Assembly: GCF_965216265.1 (NCBI RefSeq)
Contig: NZ_OZ244153.1
Coordinates: 2,785,147-2,849,146 of the forward strand
DNA from: Kordiimonas sp.
GTDB taxonomy: Bacteria; Pseudomonadota; Alphaproteobacteria; Sphingomonadales; Kordiimonadaceae
DNA length: 64,000 bases
Reading direction: 5' to 3'
The notes under the pieces are model-generated. The model was not told where the DNA came from. It did no database searches and saw only the letters and a list, made by a program, of their open reading frames with translations. Shown here one piece after another: positions 26,743 through 36,481 of this stretch (within the stretch, counting starts at the first letter, position 1; every line of letters starts with the position of its first letter). Position numbers and translations under genes: made by a program.

Positions 26743-28241
26743 TTAGAAAGCCTGAGGTTGGAGAGCTGCCGCCCGATCTCCTCAAACGCTTCAGTGAGCG
26801 AATCTGCCGTTGGCGCATGATAATAAAACGCTGGGTTCGAGGCGCAGGCCGCGTAAGCATCCTGGGTGTTCTCGTCCGGTGTTGAGCCGAAGGTGATGGT
26901 GTAAAGCAGAATACCGTCATTCTTGATATTGTGACAGATGCGGTCAAAGCGGTCGTCAAACTCATCGCGCGCGTCATAGATGTTTGAGAACCCAAAATCG
27001 TGCAGGCGACCAAAAGCGGTATAGTCGGAACCACCAAGCTGACTGTCTTGACTGATCAGCTCATTCACACCGTCGGTCAGCATCACGATCACCTTGTCCA
27101 TATAAGGTGTGTCGTGATCAAGCGGCAGGGTTGCCGGGCTGCCGGTCCAGAAACCGCGCCAACGGGGTGATATCACCCGCCAGCCCCATACAAGGCCGTA
27201 GTTGGCCGCCGTGCCGCCAAAGCTCCAGGGCTCCATCACATCAATAGCGTCGAGCAGTTTGGTCTTTTCCGCCACCAGCGGGGTGATCTCGCTCGCGCAG
27301 CCCCGGTTGGGCCCCAGGGCATCGCCGCTGTCGTTCACTTCATCAATCGTTACTGCGCCGGTGCTGTCATTGATCCAGTTGTTATCCTTGTCGACCTTTT
27401 GCCAGTTGCCGCGCCAATCCTTTTTCCAGTAGGGGTCTGTATCGGCCCAATAGAAGGGCTCAAAGGGGGCTTCATCAGGGGGGGTGTCTGTCTCATCTTC
27501 CCCGCCTGCGCGGGCTTCAAGGCAGCCTTTCCATTCGGTGCCATAATACTCATTGTCCACGCGCGTTTTCCCGGCTTCGGAAAGCCAGTCATCATGCGCG
27601 TTGCCCACATTTACGTGGGTGATATAGGGCACCACACCTGCCCACAGGTTGGTGTTGGTTTCGTCGTCGCCATAAACAATGTTGATCAGGTTGGTGGCGG
27701 CGGCCTTCATGGTGCCAATCTTGTTATCCCAGCGCATTGAGCCGGTATTGTCCATCACCAGTACCAGCTCCATACCGCGGGTTTCGCGGCTTACCTCTGT
27801 GCTGGCGCTTACTGTAATCTCACCAAAACCAAACAGCCGCATGAAGGTTGCCTCAACGGTAGCCGTGGCTGATAGCGTGATCAGTTCCTGATCGTCGCTT
27901 ATGTCCACAACCATTTGGCTGCTGGTTGCTACATTGGAGATGGAGGCCACGTTGGCGTTGAAAAACTCATGGGCATCCGCTTCCATGGTATCAACAGACA
28001 TGGCGTGCCCGGCTGCCAGCCCGGCACTGTCGAGCGATTTTTGAAGCACGTCTTTCACGTGATACATGCGCGCGCCGTCTATGGCCACACCGGCAGCGCC
28101 GGTGAGCATCAGTACGCTACCCGCAATCGCGGGCATGAAACCGCCGCGTTCGTCTTTGGAAAAGGCGCTGACCGCTGATTTCACGGCTCGCCACTTTAAC
28201 CCACGTGCCATGGCACTGCGGGATTTGAGTTGATGTTTCAT
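26739..28241 (-). CDS. tadG: TadG-like minor pilin/adhesin with a vWA domain
   Basis: DERGG...AIDGAR..LQKSLDSAGLAAG; vWA MIDAS motif LVMDNTGSM; VMLTDG; LYTITFG. Confidence 0.88.
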   Translation of the reverse strand: MKHQLKSRSAMARGLKWRAVKSAVSAFSKDERGGFMPAIAGSVLMLTGAAGVAIDGARMYHVKDVLQKSLDSAGLAAGHAMSVDTMEADAHEFFNANVASISNVATSSQMVVDISDDQELITLSATATVEATFMRLFGFGEITVSASTEVSRETRGMELVLVMDNTGSMRWDNKIGTMKAAATNLINIVYGDDETNTNLWAGVVPYITHVNVGNAHDDWLSEAGKTRVDNEYYGTEWKGCLEARAGGEDETDTPPDEAPFEPFYWADTDPYWKKDWRGNWQKVDKDNNWINDSTGAVTIDEVNDSGDALGPNRGCASEITPLVAEKTKLLDAIDVMEPWSFGGTAANYGLVWGWRVISPRWRGFWTGSPATLPLDHDTPYMDKVIVMLTDGVNELISQDSQLGGSDYTAFGRLHDFGFSNIYDARDEFDDRFDRICHNIKNDGILLYTITFGSTPDENTQDAYAACASNPAFYYHAPTADSLTEAFEEIGRQLSNLRLSK

Positions 28242-28415
28242 GGTTCGGTTGCCTGAGTTTGTTCAGGGTAGTATCGCGCCATGAATTTGAAAAACCGTAA
28301 ACAGATGCAGGCAATTTTAGCAAAACTGGTGGGGTCACGCCTCACTTTTGCCTTGTGCGCTGGCGTTAATGGTGTCTACCTTTTGAGCCAGAGGAAGTAA
28401 GGGATATCAGGGCAG

Positions 28416-29540
28416 ATGAGTGAAAAAGAAGCTGCGCTTGACGAGAAAGCGCAAGAGACGACAGGCGAAGAACAGGCAACCGTAGCGGCAGGAACGTCGT
28501 CTGGTGCGTCATCGGGCGCATCGCCAAGCGGCCGTCCAGGCCCGGCTTTCATGGCGTTCGCCAAGCAGCATCGCCGCGAGGTGCCGGAAGACTCGGTTTT
28601 CAACTATTTCACCTCAAGCGATGGCGAGCAGATACGCTACGCGCGCTTTCCGGCCAGCAAGGTGATTGAGCCCAAAGGCACGATTATTTTCATGCCCGGC
28701 CGCACCGAATTTATCGAAAAATTCCTGGAAGATGTACATATCTTCAACCAGATGGGCTTCGCCTGCGCGGCGATGGACCTTCGTGGGCAGGGCATGTCGT
28801 ATCGCCCGCACCCGAACCGCGACAAACATTTTGTAAAGTCGTTTGATCCGCATATGGAAGATGTGCATCAGCTGTTCAAACAAAAGCTGGTGGGCAAGAT
28901 GCCCAAACCTTTCATTTTGATGGGCCATTCTGCCGGTAGCCACGTGATCCTGCGGTTCCTGCATGATTTCCCCGGCTTGGCAGATGCGGCCATCACCGTG
29001 GCGCCTATGGTGAAAATTTTTACCGGTGGTTTGCCCAAGTTTATTGTGAACGGCCTGCCGATGCTGATGCGCGCCCTTGGGCGCGGTGCGGGTTATATCC
29101 CTGGCCACACAGCCTTCAAGGAAGGACGCTGGGGATGGCGCAAGAAGCTCACCCATGATGATGAACGCTTCAAGGATGAAGATTATTTCATTCAGGAAAA
29201 AGACCGCCGTTTGGCGGTTGGCGGTGCCACCTATCGCTGGCTGCACGAGGCGATCAAATCCTGCGACAAGCTGAATGAGCCCGGTTACCCGGAAGCGATC
29301 AAAACCCCGGTTCTGATGCTTCAGGCCGAGAAGGACCGCATTGTTGATAATGATGCGCAAACCGCGTTTGCCGCCCGGCTGCCGCATGGCCGCCTTGTGG
29401 TCATCAAAGGCGCGATGCATGAGATCTTGAAAGAAACTGACGAGATCAGGGCCGAGCTTTGGGAAGCTATTGCTGAATTTATCGACCTTGAAAACGGGCC
29501 TGATTTTGGCCCGTTCGTGAAAGCCAGTGAGGGCAAATAG
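28416..29540 (+). CDS. Alpha/beta hydrolase, lysophospholipase L2 (PldB-like)
   Basis: PGRTEFIEK; MDLRGQGMS; GHSAG nucleophile; GAMHEILKE. Confidence 0.85.
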   Translation: MSEKEAALDEKAQETTGEEQATVAAGTSSGASSGASPSGRPGPAFMAFAKQHRREVPEDSVFNYFTSSDGEQIRYARFPASKVIEPKGTIIFMPGRTEFIEKFLEDVHIFNQMGFACAAMDLRGQGMSYRPHPNRDKHFVKSFDPHMEDVHQLFKQKLVGKMPKPFILMGHSAGSHVILRFLHDFPGLADAAITVAPMVKIFTGGLPKFIVNGLPMLMRALGRGAGYIPGHTAFKEGRWGWRKKLTHDDERFKDEDYFIQEKDRRLAVGGATYRWLHEAIKSCDKLNEPGYPEAIKTPVLMLQAEKDRIVDNDAQTAFAARLPHGRLVVIKGAMHEILKETDEIRAELWEAIAEFIDLENGPDFGPFVKASEGK

Positions 29541-29566
29541 CCCTCCAATAGCCCCCAAAAAAACTC

Positions 29567-30373
29567 CTAAGGGTTTTGGGGAACACCCTTCAGGATCGGC
29601 AAAACTTCATCAAGGAGCGCCGGGTCGCCAACAGCGAGCAACCGCCCGCAGTCACCCGGTGCGCCACCTTCCCAATTGGTGGCGCTGCCGCCTGCACCGC
29701 GCAGGACAGGGATAAGCGCCATCATATCATAGGGCTTGAGGCCGGATTCGATCACCAGGTCCATATGCCCGGCAGACACAACCGCATAAGCATAACAGTC
29801 AAGCCCGTAGCGGTTCAGCTTTGACCGCTTGAGGATTTCATCAAACGCCGGGCGCTCATGGTTTTGGAAAAGCGCACTGTCTGTGGTTGAGATTGTCGCT
29901 TCATCAAGGCTTTTGCACGAGCGTGTGGTGATAGGCTCACCATTGAGGCTCGCACCACCTGGCCAGCCAAGGTAACGTTCACGAATATAAGGTTGGTCGA
30001 TCACACCGATGATAGGCACACCGTTATGCCTGAGGCCGATAAGCGTACCCCATGAGGGCAAGCCGGAGATGAAAGCGCGGGTGCCGTCCACCGGGTCCAG
30101 CACCCATTCAAACGGGCCGTCGGTTTTCTTGATGCCGAACTCTTCGCCAAAAATGCCGTGGTCCGGGTAGTGGGCTTCAATCAGCGCGCGGATGGCTTCC
30201 TCCGCCCCTTGATCAGCTTTGGTGACAGGGTCGAAGCCTGCACCTTTGTCCTTGTCGGTCACCGGAATGGTTTTCTTGAAATATTTCAGGGTGACCGCTG
30301 CTGCGGCATCGGCAAGCTCGCAGGCGAAAGCTTTTAAGGTTTCGATTTCCTGTGGGCTGATGGATGATGTCAC
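29567..30373 (-). CDS. hisN: Histidinol-phosphate phosphatase, inositol monophosphatase family
   Basis: FDPVTKAD; GIFGEEFG; WVLDPVDGTRAFISGLPSWGTLI; GLDCYAY; LKPYDMMALIP. GTG start follows an AAGGGGA RBS. Confidence 0.88.
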   Translation of the reverse strand: MTSSISPQEIETLKAFACELADAAAAVTLKYFKKTIPVTDKDKGAGFDPVTKADQGAEEAIRALIEAHYPDHGIFGEEFGIKKTDGPFEWVLDPVDGTRAFISGLPSWGTLIGLRHNGVPIIGVIDQPYIRERYLGWPGGASLNGEPITTRSCKSLDEATISTTDSALFQNHERPAFDEILKRSKLNRYGLDCYAYAVVSAGHMDLVIESGLKPYDMMALIPVLRGAGGSATNWEGGAPGDCGRLLAVGDPALLDEVLPILKGVPQNP

Positions 30374-30510
30374 GGCTTGTCCCCTTGAAGCGTCTGGCAT
30401 TTGATGCGTTTAGAAATTGTTTTCTGTGCGCGCAATGATTTTACCGACCGGTGCCTTGCCATTGCGCTCACTTTAGATCACATATTGCGCAAGCATGAGC
30501 AACGGGAACT

Positions 30511-31653
30511 GTGATGACCGAGACGGATTTTTTGATCATTGGGGCTGGAATAGCGGGGGCCGGTATCGCCTACCGGCTGGCCCCGCATGGTCGTGTGCTC
30601 ATGATGGATATGGAAGAGCAGGCCGGATACCACACCACGGGCCGCTCCGCCGCCTTTTATGCGGAAACCTATGGCGGGCCGAAGTTGCAGCCGCTCACCA
30701 CAGCGTCAAAAGCGTTTTTGCGTCGGCCGCCGGAAGGTTTCACGGACACCCCCCTCATTAATCCCATGGGGGCGATTCATATTTTCCGGGAAGACCAGCG
30801 CGCGGCAGCGGAGCAAACTTTCAAAAGCCTTGTGGCCATTGAGGGTGTGCGCCTGATCACCCGCGCGGAAGTGCTGAGGCGCGCGCCCTATCTGGACGGC
30901 ACCGCCATCGCAGGCGGCATCTGGGACCCGGACTGCGGCAACCTGGACGTAGCCGCGCTGCACCAAGGCTACCTGCGCGCCGCCAAAAAAGCAGGCGCTG
31001 ACATTACCCTAGGTGGCAGGCTTGAAGCCGCCGCCTATGACGGCCAGCGCTGGCATGTGAAAACCAGTACGGGCCAGATCAAGGCAAAATATCTGGTGAA
31101 CTCAGCAGGCGCATGGGCTGATGAAGTGGCACGGCGCGCAGGCGTGCACCCGCTCTCACTTGAGCCGCTCAGGCGGACGATCATCACCATCCCTGCACCT
31201 GAAGGGCGGCCATTTGACAAGCATGGCCCGTTGATTGTGGATGCGGATGAGGATTTCTATTTCAAGCCGGAGGGGGAGGGTTATCTCATCTCCCCGGCGG
31301 ATGAGAGCCTGAGCGTGCCGTGTGATGCACAGCCCGAGATGGAAGACGTTGCCATGGCCGCGAGCTATTTTGAGGGTGCGACCGCAAGCACGGTTTCGCG
31401 CATTGAGGCCAAATGGGCGGGCTTGCGCACCTTCGCGCGCGACAAGGCCCCGGTTGTGGGCTTCGCGCACGATAACCCGGCGTTTTTCTGGAACGCAGGG
31501 CAAGGCGGGTACGGTATCCAGACCTCGCCTGCATGGTCAGACATGGCGGCGCACCTGCTGCTGGGGGGCGCGCTGCCCGCTTACCTCACCCGTGTGGGGG
31601 TGCAGGCTTCTGTCTACACGCCCGCGCGGTTTGGTAAACTGGCGGCAGAATAG
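30511..31653 (+). CDS. FAD-dependent D-amino acid dehydrogenase (DAO family, DauA-like)
   Basis: IGAGIAG; GYHTTGRSAAFY..TYG; WAGLRTF..D..PVVG; AGQGGYGIQTSPA. Confidence 0.85.
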   Translation: MMTETDFLIIGAGIAGAGIAYRLAPHGRVLMMDMEEQAGYHTTGRSAAFYAETYGGPKLQPLTTASKAFLRRPPEGFTDTPLINPMGAIHIFREDQRAAAEQTFKSLVAIEGVRLITRAEVLRRAPYLDGTAIAGGIWDPDCGNLDVAALHQGYLRAAKKAGADITLGGRLEAAAYDGQRWHVKTSTGQIKAKYLVNSAGAWADEVARRAGVHPLSLEPLRRTIITIPAPEGRPFDKHGPLIVDADEDFYFKPEGEGYLISPADESLSVPCDAQPEMEDVAMAASYFEGATASTVSRIEAKWAGLRTFARDKAPVVGFAHDNPAFFWNAGQGGYGIQTSPAWSDMAAHLLLGGALPAYLTRVGVQASVYTPARFGKLAAE

Positions 31654-31665
31654 GCGGCCTGCCTG

Positions 31666-31911
31666 TTACCGGTGCCGCCTGCGCCGGGTTTCCCCAAACA
31701 CATAAACAAGGATCACGGCGCCCACGACGCCCGCGATAATGTCCCCAATAAGCCCGGTTGGGCCAAGGCCGATCATGCCGAACAGAAACCGCCCGACAAT
31801 GCCGCCAAAGATACCAAGCACAATGTTGCCAATGGCGCCGAAACCTTCCCCGCGCATGATATGCCCGGTGAGGAAGCCCACAAGGGCTCCCAGAATAATT
31901 GTACTGATCAT
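31666..31911 (-). CDS. GlsB/YeaQ/YmgE family (transglycosylase-associated) stress membrane protein
   Basis: Gly-rich three-TM pattern IILGALVGFL...GFGAIGNIVLGIFGGIVG...IIAGVVGAVILV. Confidence 0.9.
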   Translation of the reverse strand: MISTIILGALVGFLTGHIMRGEGFGAIGNIVLGIFGGIVGRFLFGMIGLGPTGLIGDIIAGVVGAVILVYVFGETRRRRHR

Positions 31912-31922
31912 GATATTCCCCC

Positions 31923-32129
31923 CTAGTACCTGCTATAGCGGCGGCCGTACTCAAGCTCGCGCCTCAGTTCGTCGTTGCGATACTGGCTGAGCGAATAGAT
32001 CGCCCAGATAGCTGCCACAGGCCACCCAATGATGGTGAGCCACAAAAAGGCGTTCATCAGCCCCTGAAAGGGCCGGTTGATGGTAAAGAATACCAGGGGT
32101 GGAAAGATAATGGCCAAGATCAGGCGCAT
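31923..32129 (-). CDS. YqaE/Pmp3 family small membrane protein
   Basis: LILAIIFPPL.F......LWLTIIGWPVAAIWAIY. Confidence 0.88.
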   Translation of the reverse strand: MRLILAIIFPPLVFFTINRPFQGLMNAFLWLTIIGWPVAAIWAIYSLSQYRNDELRRELEYGRRYSRY

Positions 32130-32330
32130 TTGCTTCTCCTATTTCCTCGCTAAGTCGTCATGTTTATTTGTTTTATAAATATAGATGTGGGAACGCCCGG
32201 CCTGCGTTTCAAGATTTTGGCGGAGGATTAGGCATGCGGCATTTTTTTTGTGCGCGAGCGCCAGTCCTTGTGCTAATGACGCAAAGGTAGGTCGCTGTTG
32301 AATATTTGGTGATGGGGCTAAAGGTCAAAA

Positions 32331-33695
32331 ATGACGAATTTTCTGCGTAAGTTTAAGGTTAACGCGCGCATTTGGGCGCTAACGGTGTTGGCTTTCTTCG
32401 GCATGGCGTTGATCATGTTTGAATATTCTTCCCTTATTCGTGAATTGCAGGCTGGCAAAGTGAGCGATGCCCAGTTCGCGAGCGACCAGCAATTTGTGTG
32501 GGTCCTTACCGGCGTCATGGTGGTGTTGATCCTCACGCTTTCAGTCTCGATCACCGCCAGCATCATGAAGCCGCTGCGTGTGTTGCAAAACGAGCTGACC
32601 GCCCTTTCTGACGGCAAGTATGACAATGCCATCTCTGACCCTGACCACGGCGACGGTATTGCGGCCATGGCGCGCGCCGCCGAGGTAATGCGCCAGAAGG
32701 CGATAGACGCCGCACGGCTCAGGCAGGAGGCAGACGACGCCCGCGCCCAGCGTGAAGCGGAAGAACGAGCGCTTGAAGAACAGCAGCGCGCCGAGGAAGT
32801 ACGCCAGCGCGAGGAAGAAATCGCCCGCGACCGTGCCATGGTGGAAGAGCGCCGTCAGATGCAGCTGGATATGGCGCAAAGCTTTGAGAATGAAGTCTCC
32901 GGCGTGATCCAGACCCTTTCAAGTGCGGTGGCGGAATTGCAGATGGCCGCACACACCATGACCGATGCCATTGAGCAGACGTCGCTTGAAGTGAACGCAG
33001 CCGCGAGCGCGACCGACGCCACCAGCCAGGATATGATCACCGTGGCGGAGGCGGCCGAAGGCCTCACCGGCGCGATTGGCGAAATCAGAACCCAGGTTGA
33101 GCAGGCAAACACCATCACCACAAACGCGATGACCGTGGCGAAGGATGCAGAAGGCCGGGTTGGTTCGCTCTCGAGCGCGTCTGAGCGTATTGCGGAAGTG
33201 ATCCACCTGATTAACGATATCGCAGAGCAAACCAACCTCTTGGCGCTGAACGCCACCATTGAGGCCGCGCGTGCAGGCGAAGCGGGCAAGGGTTTTGCCG
33301 TGGTCGCCAATGAGGTTAAAAGCCTCGCGAACCAGACGGCGCGCGCCACCAAAGAGATTGAAGAGCAGGTTGGCGCCATGCAAACCGCCACCCGCGATAC
33401 GGTGGATGCGGTGAATAAAATTCACAAAACCATCAATCAGGTAAGCGAGATTTCATCCATGATCGCCGCTGCGGTGGTGGAGCAGGAAGCCTCCACGAGC
33501 GAGATTGGCCGCAGCGTGCAGAACGCGAGCCAGGGCACCGCCAACCTTGGCCAGAACGTGGGCCGCGTGCAGGAGATGACGAGCAAAAGCTCAGGCGCCG
33601 CGCAGGTGGTGAACGACAATTCCGGCGAGCTGACAGAACAGGCCAGTGTGCTTGAAAATGCGGTAAACCGCTTTCTGGAGCGTATGCGCAGCTAA
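32331..33695 (+). CDS. Methyl-accepting chemotaxis protein (2 TM, very short periplasmic loop, HAMP)
   Basis: HAMP-like [14 protein letters not shown]...DGIAAMARA; signalling hairpin [34 protein letters not shown]. Confidence 0.93.
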   Translation: MTNFLRKFKVNARIWALTVLAFFGMALIMFEYSSLIRELQAGKVSDAQFASDQQFVWVLTGVMVVLILTLSVSITASIMKPLRVLQNELTALSDGKYDNAISDPDHGDGIAAMARAAEVMRQKAIDAARLRQEADDARAQREAEERALEEQQRAEEVRQREEEIARDRAMVEERRQMQLDMAQSFENEVSGVIQTLSSAVAELQMAAHTMTDAIEQTSLEVNAAASATDATSQDMITVAEAAEGLTGAIGEIRTQVEQANTITTNAMTVAKDAEGRVGSLSSASERIAEVIHLINDIAEQTNLLALNATIEAARAGEAGKGFAVVANEVKSLANQTARATKEIEEQVGAMQTATRDTVDAVNKIHKTINQVSEISSMIAAAVVEQEASTSEIGRSVQNASQGTANLGQNVGRVQEMTSKSSGAAQVVNDNSGELTEQASVLENAVNRFLERMRS

Positions 33696-33721
33696 GGTTT
33701 GTGCCCTACTGCAGCCAAAAC

Positions 33722-33759
33722 AAAAAGCCCGCGTTCCATATGGAATTTGCGGGCTTTTT
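33722..33759. terminator. Bidirectional terminator
   Basis: AAAAGCCCGC...GCGGGCTTTTTT. Confidence 0.75.
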
Positions 33760-33785
33760 TGTGCGCGGTTTTATCTTACTCAGGC

Positions 33786-34226
33786 TTAATCCGGCGCTTT
33801 GAAAGATGCGATGCGTTCCCTGTACCAGCCGGGGAAACCATAGTCGGATGCCGCCTTGATCAGCCGGTCGATATAAGCACCATCTGCAATGCCGGGCTTC
33901 ATATTGGTGGAGAGATACACCATGGCCGGGGCGATCTTGCCGCCGCGGGTGAACACCAGCATGGCTTCCGGGTGGTAGGTGGCGTCTGTCATCGTGCCGA
34001 GGGCTTTGCCGTAAAGTTCATCAAGCTCGGCGTGCGTCATGTTGGCGAGGATACCGTATACAACACCGTCGCCTGCTTCGGTGATGTTGGCGTGGGGCTG
34101 CACGGTCAGCTCATAGCCATGGATGCAGGCAGGCGCAAACGGGCGCTTCTTCAGTCCCGCTTCTTCCAGCACTTTCAGGTTCATGAAGGACCCGTAGAAA
34201 AACACCTGTACCTTGCGTTCAGCCAC
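33786..34226 (-). CDS. Gamma-glutamylcyclotransferase (AIG2-like) family protein
   Basis: VFFYGSFMN; VVYGIL; AYIDRLIKAA..YGFPGWY. Confidence 0.8.
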   Translation of the reverse strand: MAERKVQVFFYGSFMNLKVLEEAGLKKRPFAPACIHGYELTVQPHANITEAGDGVVYGILANMTHAELDELYGKALGTMTDATYHPEAMLVFTRGGKIAPAMVYLSTNMKPGIADGAYIDRLIKAASDYGFPGWYRERIASFKAPD

Positions 34227-34429
34227 GTCTCACCCTCTCGTTGTTCCAGACAGTAGGTAATGAGTGCATGTAAGCTGGCCCCACGTCAATTTTTTTCCCA
34301 TTTTGTGAGCAGTGTATGACAATTGCCCACCCCTTCATCCAGTTTGACTACAATGCCGCCATAACGGTTGCGCGAACGCTACCCTTGGCGGCATAGTGTA
34401 CCCATGACCAATGCTTTTGGGGACGGGGG

Positions 34430-36079
34430 ATGGCAAGCAGCAATACAGCAGAAACCGAGCATCAGTATATCGACAAGGCGACGGGCAAACCCATCGTGTA
34501 CGCTGACAATGTGCCTGAGTTGCTTAGAGGTGATCTAACGCTGACACCCGAAGAAGCAGCGCTTGTGCCAGAGTTGAATGCCATAGCTAAACGCGCACCT
34601 CTTAATCTTGCAAAGAGAGGCGCAAAGGACTGGAACTTGTGGGTTAGGGCCAACCATTCACGTTGGTTGGATAGACGAGAAGAGGGTCTAGAAGTTTTCC
34701 TCCGAATTAAGGATTCGTCCTTTGGGCTTATTAATACGGGCCGGCACATTGACTTTCGTGTGGGTCAGCCAAAAAATGCTGGTGCCTTACAAATAGCTTT
34801 CAGCCTGTCGGGATTCGTGTTTCCCACGACTGTGACATTTGAACATGTACATTTCATCCCCACGGGCCAACAACAAGACTATTTTGACACCAAGGGTGTA
34901 TTTGCACCCTCAAGCAGTTTTTCAAGTGCCAAGTTCTGTAGCCCAGTATACTTCAAGAGTTGTGTGTTCAGGGGGATCACAGATTTTGAACGAGTAAGTT
35001 TTCTTGCGGATGTTCAGTTTGAGGATATTGAGTTTCGGGGCAATGTTGCTTTTGCGGCTACTCTTTTTTCTGGTCAACTTATGGTGTCTGGGTTGAGAGC
35101 TCGGGGACGTGTTGCAATTGACGGCTGTTCTTTTGGAGACAATATTTCGCTGTTTGATGCGGAGTTCTCTAAAGATCTACAACTGGAGTGGAACTTGTAT
35201 CTTGGCAGCATTTCTTTTCAGGATGCAAAATTCAGCAAGGAAGTGTCATTTGCACATAGTCAAGTTCTAGGAAGCACATGTTTAAGTGTGACAGAATTTG
35301 AGAGCGTTGTTGATTTATCTCGCACGCACTTCGGGCGAAGCACTATCACGCCGGACTTCTTTAAGAATAGAGATTTGGTGGAACGTGTTCCCTTGAGTAT
35401 GCGGACACGATACGAACAAAACTTGGTGCAACCAGATAGTCGTACAGTACCGGATTTTAGAGGAGCAAAGTTCGGTCTCGTACCTAATTTAGGTTCGGCT
35501 CATGTCGCTATTCCAACTTTGGAAAGAGGTCAGTGGTGGCAATGGGGTAAGCATCTTGAAGCCATTTTTTCCACAAAAGGTTATGCTAAAGATGCGGATG
35601 CAGCTGCAAAGCTTCGACGTTTAGGCGAGTTGGCAAACAAGGGCCACCATCATCTGGCTGAGAAGCGTTTCTTTCGTGCTGAGTTGTTGTGCCGCCGGGG
35701 GCATGAGGCAAGGGGGCGTGAGAAGTTGATGATCAACCTGTTCGAGCTTTTCAGTGAGTGTGGCCTCAGTTTCCGTAAACCATTTGGTTGGTGGTTGCTC
35801 AGTTTTGGGATGTTTTTTTTGGTTTACGGGATGGCGTCCGGCATCTTTCAGGCCGGAATAACATGGAAAGAGATACTCCATCTCATCAATTATACATTCT
35901 CGAATGCGACACCGGTTTTGGGGGTGATCAAGATGGGCGATACGGCTGCAATGGCGGCACTGTTTGGCGGTGCACAGGCACCTTGGGTTACGCTGCTCGC
36001 CGGGGCACACAACCTCATCTCCACAGTCTTTCTGTTCTTCGCACTTCTTGCGATCCGAAATTATTTCAAGCTGGGGTAG
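34430..36079 (+). CDS. Pentapeptide-type repeat protein with C-terminal membrane helices; AT-richer than the flanks
   Basis: Run of ~11-residue F/x-F repeats (FERVSF, FEDIEF, FAATLF, FQDAKF, FAHSQV); two C-terminal hydrophobic helices around YTFSNATPVLG. Confidence 0.75.
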   Translation: MASSNTAETEHQYIDKATGKPIVYADNVPELLRGDLTLTPEEAALVPELNAIAKRAPLNLAKRGAKDWNLWVRANHSRWLDRREEGLEVFLRIKDSSFGLINTGRHIDFRVGQPKNAGALQIAFSLSGFVFPTTVTFEHVHFIPTGQQQDYFDTKGVFAPSSSFSSAKFCSPVYFKSCVFRGITDFERVSFLADVQFEDIEFRGNVAFAATLFSGQLMVSGLRARGRVAIDGCSFGDNISLFDAEFSKDLQLEWNLYLGSISFQDAKFSKEVSFAHSQVLGSTCLSVTEFESVVDLSRTHFGRSTITPDFFKNRDLVERVPLSMRTRYEQNLVQPDSRTVPDFRGAKFGLVPNLGSAHVAIPTLERGQWWQWGKHLEAIFSTKGYAKDADAAAKLRRLGELANKGHHHLAEKRFFRAELLCRRGHEARGREKLMINLFELFSECGLSFRKPFGWWLLSFGMFFLVYGMASGIFQAGITWKEILHLINYTFSNATPVLGVIKMGDTAAMAALFGGAQAPWVTLLAGAHNLISTVFLFFALLAIRNYFKLG

Positions 36080-36158
36080 GCGCGTTTGATATAGGCACGG
36101 CAAAAGGCAGCGTGAAGGCTCACGCTGCTCGCATAATCTAAAACCCCATCAGGGTTGT

Positions 36159-36296
36159 TTAGCGGAATTTTTTCCGAAGCTTGGCAAAGAGGCCTTCACC
36201 GGGCTGGTAAGCTTGGTAAGCTTCCATCTCCCGCACCTGACGTGCGTATTCTACTTTGGTGATACCATAGGCCCGTGGCGGTGTTTGCTGTTGCAT
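36159..36296 (-). CDS. Putative 45-aa small protein (below the ORF-track cutoff)
   Basis: MQQQTPPRAYGITKVEYARQVREMEAYQAYQPGEGLFAKLRKKFR; weak GAGA RBS; hairpin-bearing leader at 36324-36369. Confidence 0.4.
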   Translation of the reverse strand: MQQQTPPRAYGITKVEYARQVREMEAYQAYQPGEGLFAKLRKKFR

Positions 36297-36481
36297 TTTC
36301 TATCTCGCTTTTGTCGTTGTCGTCCGGCATTGCCGGTTTTTGTTTTGTTTTTTTACCGGTCGTTGCCGGTCTATCTCATATTGTGAGCTTTAGGTGTATT
36401 ACAAGACTATAACACCTAATTTTTTATAAACCAAATATGGCGCGTGCTGTCATGCGCTGCGCGGTGAAGCGAGTGAGAAAA

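Noticed and set aside
15785-32319. 13-bp match TGGTGATGGGGCT at 15785 and 32307
   Set aside because: Dozens of 13-mer matches are expected by chance in 64 kb; no boundary logic.
31912-32330. EcfG/sigmaT promoter (GGAAC-N16/17-CGTT) for the stress genes pmp3, glsB and chaB
   Set aside because: Only mis-spaced (N10) or mismatched versions were found here and at 56130-56210.
34344-34400. Hairpin considered as an integron attC site
   Set aside because: No proper RYYYAAC/GTTRRRY ends, no second cassette site and no integron integrase.
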